The notes under the pieces: generated by a model
What the model was told of the DNA's origin: nothing
What the model saw: the letters and a program-made list of their open reading frames with translations, nothing else
The model's database searches: none
Source: Acidimicrobiia bacterium
Lineage (GTDB): Bacteria; Actinomycetota; Acidimicrobiia; IMCC26256; PALSA-610
Assembly (NCBI GenBank): GCA_038209365.1
Contig: JBBQXS010000017.1
Location: 7,111-71,110, forward strand
Reading direction: 5' to 3'
DNA length: 64,000 nucleotides
In this document: one piece after another, positions 24,335-33,351 of the stretch
Numbering within the stretch: the first letter of the stretch is position 1
Layout: each line of letters starts with the position of its first letter
Position numbers and translations under genes: made by a program

Positions 24335-25243
24335 TTGGAAGGTCCCGACGTGAGCGAGCCTACGCGCGCTTCGCCGCGCACAACACTCGAGCGCGCGTCC
24401 GGCGAGATCGCGACGGCGATCGGGATGTCGGCGTCGCTGTCGGATCAGACGCGACCGCGCTTTGTCGCGACGGCGGATCGGTTCTTCTCGTTCTGTGGGC
24501 GCGGCTTCGGCTTGCGGTCGCTCGACGAGGTCACAGCCGAGATTGCTCGTGCATTTCTGGAGGCGCCGCTCCAGGATCGGGAGCCGAGCGTTGCGACGAT
24601 GCATCTGCGTCGTGCCGTGCTGAAGTTCTTGTTCCGTCAGGCACGTGAGCTCGGCCTCGTCAATCACGACCCGTGTGTAGATCTCGGGCTGCCGCCCCGT
24701 TCGAGTTTGGCGGCTCGTCCGCTTACCGATGACGAGATCGCACTCTGTCGCAGCTACTCGCTGACATCGCTCACGAATACCCGAATGCCGGCGGCGTGGG
24801 CGCTCGCAGAGGCGACGGCGCGCACAGCCGAGATCCCCCACGTCCGCGTTCGGGACGTCGATCTCAACAAGGGTCGGGTGTGGTTGCACGGAAGCCCGCG
24901 CACCATCGAGCGCTGGGGTCCGCTCACGCGGTGGGGCGAGGTGCAGCTCGAACGGCGCGTGGCCGCACTCGGCGGCATCGACGCGTCCCTCGTGTACGCG
25001 GCGAACGGTTCGGCTGCGAGCGGCCAGGCGGTGGCGTGCATCGCGGTGACTCACACGTTGGTTCGTGCGGGCCTCGGCAGTGAGCCCGACATCCGGCCTA
25101 TCTCGGTCGCGGCGTGGGCGGGCCGATCGCTGCTCGACGAGACGGGGCGGATCGATGCGGTCGCGCGGCTCCTCGGTGTACGCAGTCTTGATCGTGCGGC
25201 GCGAATTGTCGCGTGGGACCGGTCCCAGGCCGAGGACGAGTAG
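24335..25243 (+). CDS. tyrosine-recombinase-like protein lacking recognisable box II catalytic residues
   Basis: SAM-like N-domain plus box I-like ATARTAEIPHVRVRDVDL. Where HxLRH...LGH...Y is expected, the sequence is ISVAAWAG...LGVRSLDRAARIVAWD. Start is TTG 24335 or GTG 24350. Confidence 0.5.
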   Translation: MEGPDVSEPTRASPRTTLERASGEIATAIGMSASLSDQTRPRFVATADRFFSFCGRGFGLRSLDEVTAEIARAFLEAPLQDREPSVATMHLRRAVLKFLFRQARELGLVNHDPCVDLGLPPRSSLAARPLTDDEIALCRSYSLTSLTNTRMPAAWALAEATARTAEIPHVRVRDVDLNKGRVWLHGSPRTIERWGPLTRWGEVQLERRVAALGGIDASLVYAANGSAASGQAVACIAVTHTLVRAGLGSEPDIRPISVAAWAGRSLLDETGRIDAVARLLGVRSLDRAARIVAWDRSQAEDE

Positions 25244-25249
25244 CCATCG

Positions 25250-26662
25250 ATGCGTAGCCGTCCGGTCAGCGCGCTCGAGCGGGTCGACGCGATCCTCGCC
25301 AACCCCGCGACCTACGAACTCGCCATGGTCATCCCCGACGCCGATCGCTCCCATGGTGGTCGGCGCCGCCAGTACCCGGGGTTCATGTTCATCGTGTTCG
25401 AAGCGCTGCTGTCTGTCTATGGCAGCGCCCGCCAAGTCGAAGCCGAACTCTCCCACCCCCTCATTTGGCAACACATCCGCGCTGCCGTGACGAAGCGGTT
25501 CTCGGATCGGCCCGACCTTCAGCTGCCGGCCACGCCGATGCGCCGCCATCATTACCTTTACGCCCGCAAGCACGCGCTCCAGGTCCCCGGATTCCTCGAG
25601 ACGCTCGCGCGTCGTCACCGTGAGCTCGCCGCCCGTCAGGCCGAAGAACTTGGCCTTTGCGACCCAAACGGTCCCGGTTCGTGGACCCATCCCGATCTGA
25701 GTCGCATGGTGCACGCGGACGGCAAGGTGATCGCCCCGTTGTACCGCGCGAAACCCGGCGTCACGCGTCTTGACAAGACCACCGGCGAGATCCGCCCGCG
25801 CCGCGCCGTGCACGACGCCGGGTTGCACTACGAAGGCGACGGTGAAATCGCCTGGGGAACGAAGTTCGTGCTCGTTGCAGCGCGCACCAATGACCCGCAC
25901 GGCCGAGTGATCCTCGACATCGACTGGGTCCCCAAACCGGGCGGCGAAGCCTCCACCGCCATGCGCTGCTTCGCGCGAGTCGCTCCCCTCCTCCCCGGCG
26001 CGCAAGGCGTCATCTACGACACGGCCTTACGCGGCGTCCACCACCAACAGCTGTTACGCGACCTCGGGTGGCTGCCGATCAACCGGGTCACCGCCGCGGT
26101 GGCCGGCGCGAACGCACCACGCCGCGACGAAGGCCGCCGCCAACCGAAAAGCGCGCACGTCGAAGACAAGACCATCCAACTCTCAGACGGCCGTAGCACG
26201 GACGTGCGCTTGTATGCCCGCGACGGGACCATCGGGATCGGGACGCTCACCGATACCGGCGACCTGCACTTCACCCCACTCGAACGCGTCCGCACCCACC
26301 GCAACCAAGACCGAAACGGGAAATACCGCTGGTACAACGACTACCGACTCCCCCACCACTACGGCGGCGGGATCATCACCATTCGGCTGCACGGCACCGA
26401 CGACGACGCGCGCCGCAAGTTCAACCGTACCGAAAACGTCCGGCCCATTCCCGCCGACGACCCCGACTTCGCACGCCTCTACAGGCGACGTAACGACGCC
26501 GAAAGCATCAACCGTGGCCTCGACGACAGCCTCTGGCTCGGACGCGCCCACAGCGTCGGACACGAACGCCAACGCCTCAACCTCATCGGCTTCGCGCTCA
26601 TGATCAACTCCCTCGCCCGAGCCCGACACCGCACACGCGCGCCTGCACAAGCCGCGGCCTAA
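25250..26662 (+). CDS. DDE-transposase-like protein (IS4-type YREK-like signature)
   Basis: Candidate D (MVHADGKV), D (VIYDTALRG) and E within YRRRNDAESINRGLDD (Y-x2-R-x3-E spacing). Confidence 0.5.
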   Translation: MRSRPVSALERVDAILANPATYELAMVIPDADRSHGGRRRQYPGFMFIVFEALLSVYGSARQVEAELSHPLIWQHIRAAVTKRFSDRPDLQLPATPMRRHHYLYARKHALQVPGFLETLARRHRELAARQAEELGLCDPNGPGSWTHPDLSRMVHADGKVIAPLYRAKPGVTRLDKTTGEIRPRRAVHDAGLHYEGDGEIAWGTKFVLVAARTNDPHGRVILDIDWVPKPGGEASTAMRCFARVAPLLPGAQGVIYDTALRGVHHQQLLRDLGWLPINRVTAAVAGANAPRRDEGRRQPKSAHVEDKTIQLSDGRSTDVRLYARDGTIGIGTLTDTGDLHFTPLERVRTHRNQDRNGKYRWYNDYRLPHHYGGGIITIRLHGTDDDARRKFNRTENVRPIPADDPDFARLYRRRNDAESINRGLDDSLWLGRAHSVGHERQRLNLIGFALMINSLARARHRTRAPAQAAA

Positions 26663-26823
26663 CCGATCCGAAACCGCGAACTCACGCGCAACCAGCGCGC
26701 CCGAAACACCCGGAAACAAGCGCCGGCGACCACCGCGGACTCGAAAACGGCCGCCAACGACACGCTCGACCGTCGAACGTCAACTGCTCCGGTAGGTTTT
26801 CTCCCAGGTTTTCTCCAACCCCC

Positions 26824-26899
26824 GCCCTCGTAGCTCAGGGGATAGAGCATCGGTTTCCTAAACCGTGTGTCGCAGGTTCGAATCCTGCCGAGGGCGCCA
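26824..26899 (+). tRNA. tRNA-Arg (anticodon CCT)
   Basis: Cloverleaf read by hand. Acceptor GCCCTCG/CGAGGGC, D arm GCTC..GAGC, anticodon loop TTCCTAA, T arm GCAGG-TTCGAAT-CCTGC, discriminator G and encoded CCA. Confidence 0.9.
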
Positions 26900-27165
26900 C
26901 CCACACACAAGCACCTCGCGGCGCGCTCTGGCGTCGGTAGCGCGCAGTTCCGCGAACGCATCTGACGCCGGCGCGCGTCGAAGCCGAAATCAATACGGCT
27001 GGTCGGGTAAAGGGAGGAGCGGGGCGCGCACGCGCGCTGTTCGAGGCCAGCATCGGCTGAACCGGCACCTCCCGGCACGGTGTCATGTCTTTCCGAAAGC
27101 AAGGTTGGGTGCGGCGACCCTGACGGGCGTGTCAGCTTGACATCGGACGGGTACGCAGTGTCCGG

Positions 27166-27294
27166 GTGGTAGTGGGGTGCCCGACGTGCTCGAAACCGGT
27201 CGAGGTTGACCGCGAGATCACCGGCGTGCCGCTCGTCTTGAACACGAGCTTCAACGGTTACGGAGAACGCTGGTCAAAGGGAACTCCGCCGTAA
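27166..27294 (+). pseudogene. remnant of a NodU/CmcH-type carbamoyltransferase C-terminus
   Basis: ITGVPLVLNTSFNGYGE matches the remembered xLxNTSFNxxGEP motif. There is no upstream body, and a premature stop follows. Confidence 0.3.
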
Positions 27295-27441
27295 ACGGGT
27301 TCCGTCATCGGCGCGCAGACCGACTCGACCAAGTCGCGAGCGGCTACCCCGACGGGCGCGTAGCGAGAGGTCGACAGAGCGACCCCTCGCCATTCGTTCG
27401 AGCTGCTCGGCGTGTGTTCGCCTTGCAGATACCGCGCGCTT

Positions 27442-27921
27442 CTACGTCGGATTGGTTGCGCAGCGTTGCACCCAGAACACCTTGTGCTTGGTGTCTGCGC
27501 CTTGCGAACCGTCGGCGTGCACCGTGAGCTTGACGTGGAACCCCTGCTGCGGGTGCGGCGTGAAGAACGCCAACGCGCTCGAGAGGTTGTAGGTCCGCTC
27601 GGCATCGAGGTCCGTACCGCCGCCGGCGGCGTCTTGGCCGATGAACACGGTGTCATTGCGGAGCACGACGTCGCTCCCTGTCGGTGGCTGCACGACGAAT
27701 TCGACGTCGGCATTCAGGTTGCCTTGGTCGAAGCCGTAGAAGTCGACCTGGAACTGGCAACCGACGTGCGGTTGGTTGTCCGGATGTGTGTCGAATGCTT
27801 CAGCGTCGATCTTGACGGTCCCGTTGTTGCCGGGTGGGTCGGCGTGAGCTGCCGAGGCGAATCCGCCCAGCGACAACGTCACCCCGGCCAACGCGGCCAA
27901 CGCGATACGGGAATTAAGCAT
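27442..27921 (-). CDS. secreted protein of unknown function
   Basis: Signal peptide MLNSRIALAALAGVTLSLGGFASAAHA, then a beta-rich mature region. Confidence 0.7.
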   Translation of the reverse strand: MLNSRIALAALAGVTLSLGGFASAAHADPPGNNGTVKIDAEAFDTHPDNQPHVGCQFQVDFYGFDQGNLNADVEFVVQPPTGSDVVLRNDTVFIGQDAAGGGTDLDAERTYNLSSALAFFTPHPQQGFHVKLTVHADGSQGADTKHKVFWVQRCATNPT

Positions 27922-28030
27922 AGATCTGGTTCCTTCCAGTCCGCCCGATCAACCATGAGGCGCAGCCCCCAGACTGCGCGCAATAAGGCGAGGCGCGGCC
28001 ACTCACAGTAGTCAAGGGTCGGCGCTGCCG

Positions 28031-28186
28031 TCACTTGCCCGCGGGTGGTGCGATCAGCTTGATGCACGATCCGCTGGAGCAGGTGTTGGGCGTGACGTAT
28101 CCCAGATTGCCGGTGACCGCGAACGCGGCGAACGGAAACGCGACCAGGATCATGAACGTGAGCACGATGATCGTGATCTTTGGCAC
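28031..28186 (-). CDS. possible 51-aa hydrophobic-leader peptide with a two-Cys tail
   Basis: A GTG-initiated ORF opens right after an in-frame TAG: VPKITIIVLTFMILVAFPFAAFAVTGNLGYVTPNTCSSGSCIKLIAPPAGK. It lies upstream of, and on the same strand as, the secreted protein. No clear SD. Confidence 0.25.
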   Translation of the reverse strand: MPKITIIVLTFMILVAFPFAAFAVTGNLGYVTPNTCSSGSCIKLIAPPAGK

Positions 28187-28636
28187 ACCCGGGGGGCGGC
28201 GCTACACCCAATGCCGGCCGGCGGACGTTACACGCTATGGGCGACCAAACGTGACAGTCCCGGCCGGCGCAACACACCCCGGCTGAGACTGTCACGGCCC
28301 ATTCTTCTTCCCTTCCCCGATGCGGTAGGTCATGGCAGAGCACAGTCAGAACGAAGACTCCATACAGCGACTCGACGAGATCATCGCCGAACTTGTGCGA
28401 ACGTCGAACACGCCAGAGATTCCGTTCAGGCGGGACCTGCTCGGGGCTCGCGACGACACAGACAAACGAACGATGTCGATTCGCATGTGCGACTTGTCGA
28501 GGCGGGATCTGCTCCCCCCGTCCAGGCGGAAACCGCTCCCCGGTCGCGACGACAAAGACGACCGAACTACGTCCGACTAGCGCGCGCTCCGTCAGCTCTG
28601 GATCGAGCGCGCCGCGGACCGCAGTACGTTTGCGTG

Positions 28637-29173
28637 ATGCGATGGACGGTGCACGGTGAGCGGACCATCTACGAAAGCGAGTGGCTCTGCTTGGCACTGA
28701 CGGATGTCGAGGTGCCGGGCGGCCCGCGCTTCGACCACCACGTCGTTCGGATGCCGGACAAGGCCGCGGGCACGGTCGTGCACGACCGCGAGCGCGGCGT
28801 GTTGTTGCTCTGGCGCCATCGCTTCATCACCGACACATGGGGTTGGGAGATTCCGGCCGGACGCATCGACGCCGGCGAGACCCCGGAGCAAGCGGCGCGG
28901 CGCGAGACGATCGAGGAGACCGGTTGGGCGCCGGGACCTCTCCGGCAACTGGTGCGCTATCAGCCGACGAACGGGTTGAGCGATCAAGTCTTCCACTGCT
29001 TCTACGCCGACGGCGCGACGCATCTCGGCGAGCCGTCGGATCCCGGAGAGGCGGAACGTCTGGAGTGGGTCAGCGTTCCGGAGCTCCGGCGGATCACTCG
29101 CGACCAGGAGATGCTCGACGGGCTCTCGCTCACTGCCGTGCTGTACGCGTTCACCCACGGCTCACTGGACTGA
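28637..29173 (+). CDS. NUDIX hydrolase
   Basis: Nudix box GRIDAGETPEQAARRETIEETG. Confidence 0.88.
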   Translation: MRWTVHGERTIYESEWLCLALTDVEVPGGPRFDHHVVRMPDKAAGTVVHDRERGVLLLWRHRFITDTWGWEIPAGRIDAGETPEQAARRETIEETGWAPGPLRQLVRYQPTNGLSDQVFHCFYADGATHLGEPSDPGEAERLEWVSVPELRRITRDQEMLDGLSLTAVLYAFTHGSLD

Positions 29174-29253
29174 CAAATTCGGCCGCAAAGCCCACAGTCG
29201 GCCCGAAGGGCGCGCTCTACCGCTCGACAAGGGCTTCGGGTATCCTCACGCGG

Positions 29254-30189
29254 GTGTTTCGTGCTTCGTTTCGTCTGACCGAGAGTCTCCGCGAAGGCGG
29301 GGACTGGGGGCGGCTGCTGCGTGACGCGGCTCCCGCCGGGGTCCTGGTGGTTGCAGGGTTCCTGGACGCGAAAACCGTCGAGGCGTACCTCGATGTCGAC
29401 CCCGGCACGGACGTGCACACGGTCACCGATGTGCTCGCACAGCGCCTCGGCTTCGACGAGTACGAGGTCACTGCGGTCGAATGGCTACGCATTCCGCCCA
29501 GCCAAAGCCCGCTTCCGCCCGTAGCCGAGCCGAGGATTCCCACGGCGCCGCCGGCCGCGCCGAACCCGACTCCGACTCCGACGGCACCCGTTGCCGCACA
29601 CGCGCCGTCACCTGTCACCGCTGACCGGTCGTTGTTGCGTGTGCACCCCGGCACCATCACGCAGGTCGTGGTGAAACCGGGCGGCCGCGAGTTGTCGGTC
29701 CAGGTTCGTCACCGGCGCAACGAAGCTGTCGCGGCGATCGCCGTGGAAGAGACCGATGAGGCGGTGGCGGTGGCGGCGTCGGTGGGCATACCCGAAGACG
29801 ACCGCCGCGCGGATTTCGCCTCGTTCGGCGTGACCTTCAGCTGGGCCGACACCGATCTTGCGCGTGAGCTCGGTGCACGGCGCATCATCCACTCCGACTC
29901 CGCCATCATTCACGCTGCCGGAGCTACGGGAGCCGGTATCGGCCCGGTGGCCGCGTCGCCGACCGTAGTTGCCGAGCCGACCGTAGTTGCCGAGCCGACC
30001 GTGGTTGCCGAGCCGACCGCGGTTGCCGAGCCGGCCGTCAGGCCGGAGAGTCTCCAGCGTCCGTCGAGCGATGATGTGCCGCCGGCGCACGACGCCCACG
30101 GTCACCCGAGGCGGCCGCCGCTCATGCTCATGCTGTTGGTCGCCTTTGCGGTCGCGCTCTTCCTGTCGCGCCGAACCCGTCACCGCTGA
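29254..30189 (+). CDS. Pro-rich protein with PTVVAE tandem repeats and a C-terminal TM anchor
   Basis: GTG start (uncertain). Pro-rich linker, repeat block and C-terminal PPLMLMLLVAFAVALFLSRR. Confidence 0.5.
   Translation: MFRASFRLTESLREGGDWGRLLRDAAPAGVLVVAGFLDAKTVEAYLDVDPGTDVHTVTDVLAQRLGFDEYEVTAVEWLRIPPSQSPLPPVAEPRIPTAPPAAPNPTPTPTAPVAAHAPSPVTADRSLLRVHPGTITQVVVKPGGRELSVQVRHRRNEAVAAIAVEETDEAVAVAASVGIPEDDRRADFASFGVTFSWADTDLARELGARRIIHSDSAIIHAAGATGAGIGPVAASPTVVAEPTVVAEPTVVAEPTAVAEPAVRPESLQRPSSDDVPPAHDAHGHPRRPPLMLMLLVAFAVALFLSRRTRHR
29959..30030 (+). repeat. 18-bp tandem repeat x4 (plus a degenerate fifth unit), in frame
   Basis: ccgaccgtagttgccgag repeated head to tail, with 1-2 substitutions in later units. 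Confidence 0.85.
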
Positions 30190-30217
30190 CCGCACAGAGG
30201 AACGGCGCTCTCGTCGT

Positions 30218-32206
30218 CTACGGGAAGTGGCACGGCTGCGCGCCGCACACGTCGACGAATGCGCCGCCAACTTTCAGGAACTGTGACACCTGTTCGCGTA
30301 CGGCGGCGACGTTGCGCGCCGCGCCGTGCGGGTCGTCGCCGGCGCGGTTCGGCAAGCTCTCGACCGGGGGTGCCGGTGTCCCGAAGTCCCAGATCTCGAG
30401 GACGGATCCGCCGAACGGCGACGTCGGAACGGCCGGGACGTTCCACACATCCTGTTTGATCGGACTGCGACCGGCTGCGAGCGCGGGCCGGTGCACGAAC
30501 GCGCCGATCGTGCGCGCCTCCGTCTCGGTTCCGATGTTCGCCACTTGGTGGTCACCGAACGCCTCGATCAGCAAGACCCTGTGCGCGGGTGTCCCGGGAT
30601 ACGGGTCCCTCACTATGTGTTGCGCGTACCCGTTGGGCTCACCGCGGTCCCAGAGGATCTGGTTGAACGCCACGCCGAGCGTGTGCAAGGTCGGATCGGG
30701 ATACGCATTCGAGAGCAGCGGCAGGAACGGGTCGAAGTCGACGCTGCGCGGCAACAACGTGCTGTAGTTCATCGCAGGGACGCCCAGCACGGCACGGCTC
30801 CACTCCTTGGAGATCGCGGTGGCGCCGCCTCCGAAGATGCCACCTTGACTGTTGCCGTTGTAGAAGACCTGATTCGGCACGATCACCGATTTCGCCGGCG
30901 TCCCGACCCGGAACGCCGGGTCACTGCCGAACCCGCGCCCGTCCTTCAACAGCCGGGCGAGCCATTGCATGTTCAGCATTCCTTGTTGCAGCCGATCGGG
31001 AATCGACCCGAACGTCGACAGCTCGGAGATCACCTTCAGAACGTTGGGAACGTCCTCGCTCGCCATGCCGATCTCCGGCGTCGCGCACAGCACGATGTTG
31101 AATTGATTGAGGAACGGCCCGTAGCCGTTGATCTCGTCGGTCCCTCCCAGCAGTCCGTGGCCGTACACCACACCACGCGCCGGGTTGGCGACACCGTCCG
31201 CGCCGACGACCGACGGCGGGATCACACAGTGGAAGGCGGCATGGAAGACGCCCGTACGCACGGGAAGGCCGTCCGGACCCAGCACGAGACGGGACCCGGG
31301 CTGGCCGGTCCCCGAAAGGTACATCGGCACGTCGAACGTGCCGTCGACATGCCGAAGCGTGTCGGCGTTCACGTTGTTCGTCACTTTCGTCACGTGGAAC
31401 GTCGGGACACCTGTGCCGAGCTGTGCGTATGCGTCGTCGCGCATGTGCAGCATGCGACCGGAGAGACCCTGCGTGCTCGCGACCGTGAAGTCCCAAGCGA
31501 GGTACAGATGCCTGCGCTTCACGCCGGCGGCCGCGAGCTCGCGGATCACGTGGTTGATCGCAGGCCGTCGAGCCAGCAGCGCTGGATCGGTGATGTGCCT
31601 GCGATTGCGGATCAGCTTGAAGCCGTGTGGTGTCGGGAGCCGCGTGCCGTTTGCGTCTCTCAGATTGCGCAGTGCGACGGCGATCGTGTGACCCTCGAGG
31701 AAGTTGACCGCGGGCCGGATCACAAGCGCCCGCGTGTTCGGGTCGGTGTTCCAGGTGTCCAGCTCGGCCCAGTACGGCACGCGCTTGCCGGTGTTCGTGT
31801 CGAGCAGCACGATCGACGCGTCGGGTGCGAGCGATGCGCCGATGTCGGTGAGATCGACGATGCCGGACGCCTGCACGTCGAGGTGCGGCGCCTGCGCCAG
31901 GATCGGAGAGCCCGGACTGAACCCGTCGCTCAGGTTCCAATCGGTGGGATCGAGCGTCACGCCGTCGACGTTCTCCGGCATCGCCTCGCGGAGGAAGTTC
32001 AATCGCAGGCCGGTCGGCGAGTTTGCGTCCGCTCTCGTGTTGAAGTTGTTCGGGAACGGCATGTTGCACTGCCGTTCGTCGATCGGGTCGCACAACGGCA
32101 GGCTCGGCGAACTCGCCTTCTCGCCCTTCGCCGGTGCAATCGACGCGACGGTCGCCCCCGCGACCAACACTGCCGCCACCGCGAGACCCACAACCGTTCG
32201 GCGCAC
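30218..32206 (-). CDS. secreted alpha/beta-hydrolase-like protein
   Basis: Signal peptide MRRTVVGLAVAAVLVAGATVASIAPA and nucleophile-elbow-like GNSQGG. Large N-terminal beta domain. Confidence 0.75.
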   Translation of the reverse strand: MRRTVVGLAVAAVLVAGATVASIAPAKGEKASSPSLPLCDPIDERQCNMPFPNNFNTRADANSPTGLRLNFLREAMPENVDGVTLDPTDWNLSDGFSPGSPILAQAPHLDVQASGIVDLTDIGASLAPDASIVLLDTNTGKRVPYWAELDTWNTDPNTRALVIRPAVNFLEGHTIAVALRNLRDANGTRLPTPHGFKLIRNRRHITDPALLARRPAINHVIRELAAAGVKRRHLYLAWDFTVASTQGLSGRMLHMRDDAYAQLGTGVPTFHVTKVTNNVNADTLRHVDGTFDVPMYLSGTGQPGSRLVLGPDGLPVRTGVFHAAFHCVIPPSVVGADGVANPARGVVYGHGLLGGTDEINGYGPFLNQFNIVLCATPEIGMASEDVPNVLKVISELSTFGSIPDRLQQGMLNMQWLARLLKDGRGFGSDPAFRVGTPAKSVIVPNQVFYNGNSQGGIFGGGATAISKEWSRAVLGVPAMNYSTLLPRSVDFDPFLPLLSNAYPDPTLHTLGVAFNQILWDRGEPNGYAQHIVRDPYPGTPAHRVLLIEAFGDHQVANIGTETEARTIGAFVHRPALAAGRSPIKQDVWNVPAVPTSPFGGSVLEIWDFGTPAPPVESLPNRAGDDPHGAARNVAAVREQVSQFLKVGGAFVDVCGAQPCHFP

Positions 32207-32271
32207 CGGACCCTCCTTGCGGGGACGTCATACGCCCGCCTCCGAGCGGACCCTATGCAAGTATCCGGGTG

Positions 32272-33351
32272 ATGGCCAATGTGCTCGGGGTGGGCCTGAT
32301 CGGTGCCGGCATGATCGGCCAGGGCCACGCGTACGCGCTGCGCCTGCTCGCCGAGGACGGCGAAGTTCGTCCGGTCGCGGTGACCGACCTGTCGTCGGAT
32401 GCCGTCGACGCGGCAAGGGCCATCTGCCCGTTCGAGCGCGTCACGGGCGATGCACAGGCGGTCATCGATGATCCCGACGTCGACGCGGTGGTCGTCGTCA
32501 CGCCCACCACGACGCACCGCGAGCTGGTCCACGCGGTCGTGCGTGCTGGCAAACCCTTCCTGTGCGAGAAGCCGCTGGCGACAAGCTTCGACGTCGTCAC
32601 GGAGATGTGCGACGCGGTCATGGCGTCGGGCCTCACGGCGCAGGTCGGGTTCCACTCTCGTTTCCATCCACTGGTCAACGAGCTCGTGCGACTCACCGCG
32701 AGCCGCGAGCTCGGCGCACCGATGGGCTACACGCTGCGCGACGATCAGTACTGGCCGACGGGTGACATCGTGCCGGGGCACAGTTCGTGGCGCTCACAGC
32801 GCGCGCACGCGGGCGGTGGCGCATTGCTCGAGCATTCGATCCACAGCGCGGACATCCTCAGCTGGCTGTTCGGTCCGGCAACGAGCGTCTTCGCGCGCAC
32901 CCGAAACGTGTTTGGCTACGACGTCGAGGACACCGCGGTGTGCACAATCGAGCACGGGTCGGGTGTCGTCGGGACGCTGATCTCGATCTTCAACGGCGTG
33001 CGCGGTCGCGAAGAACGCCGTCTCGAAGTGTTCTTCGAGCGAGGCGCAGTCGAGGTGACCACCGACTTCCTCGTCGGTGCGCGTGAAGACAGCTTCTTGA
33101 TCCAGCGGCCGGACGGAGAACCCGAGCGCCTCGATGTCGAAGCAATGCGTGACGCGCATTTTGCGGCGGACGGCATCACGCGGCGCGACTTCTTCGTGTA
33201 CCTCTACCCCGCGGCGCGCGCCTTTGTCGGCGCGGTGCAAGGTGGGCGTCCGGCCGCGCCCGGCTTCGCCGACGCGCGGGCCGCGCATGCGCTCGTGGAC
33301 GCCGCGTACCGATCGGTCGCGGCCGGAACGCCGGCGGCGGTGCGCGCTTAG
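32272..33351 (+). CDS. Gfo/Idh/MocA-family oxidoreductase
   Basis: VGLIGAGMIGQGHA Rossmann N-terminus and the EKP motif (FLCEKPLA). Confidence 0.88.
   Translation: MANVLGVGLIGAGMIGQGHAYALRLLAEDGEVRPVAVTDLSSDAVDAARAICPFERVTGDAQAVIDDPDVDAVVVVTPTTTHRELVHAVVRAGKPFLCEKPLATSFDVVTEMCDAVMASGLTAQVGFHSRFHPLVNELVRLTASRELGAPMGYTLRDDQYWPTGDIVPGHSSWRSQRAHAGGGALLEHSIHSADILSWLFGPATSVFARTRNVFGYDVEDTAVCTIEHGSGVVGTLISIFNGVRGREERRLEVFFERGAVEVTTDFLVGAREDSFLIQRPDGEPERLDVEAMRDAHFAADGITRRDFFVYLYPAARAFVGAVQGGRPAAPGFADARAAHALVDAAYRSVAAGTPAAVRA

Noticed and set aside
18676-28640. Interpreting the accessory segment as a prophage or a defence island.
   Set aside because: No capsid, tail, terminase or recognisable defence-system genes (restriction, Cas, toxin-antitoxin, nuclease/helicase pairs) could be read. 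The content is IS debris, pseudogenes and a few orphan genes.
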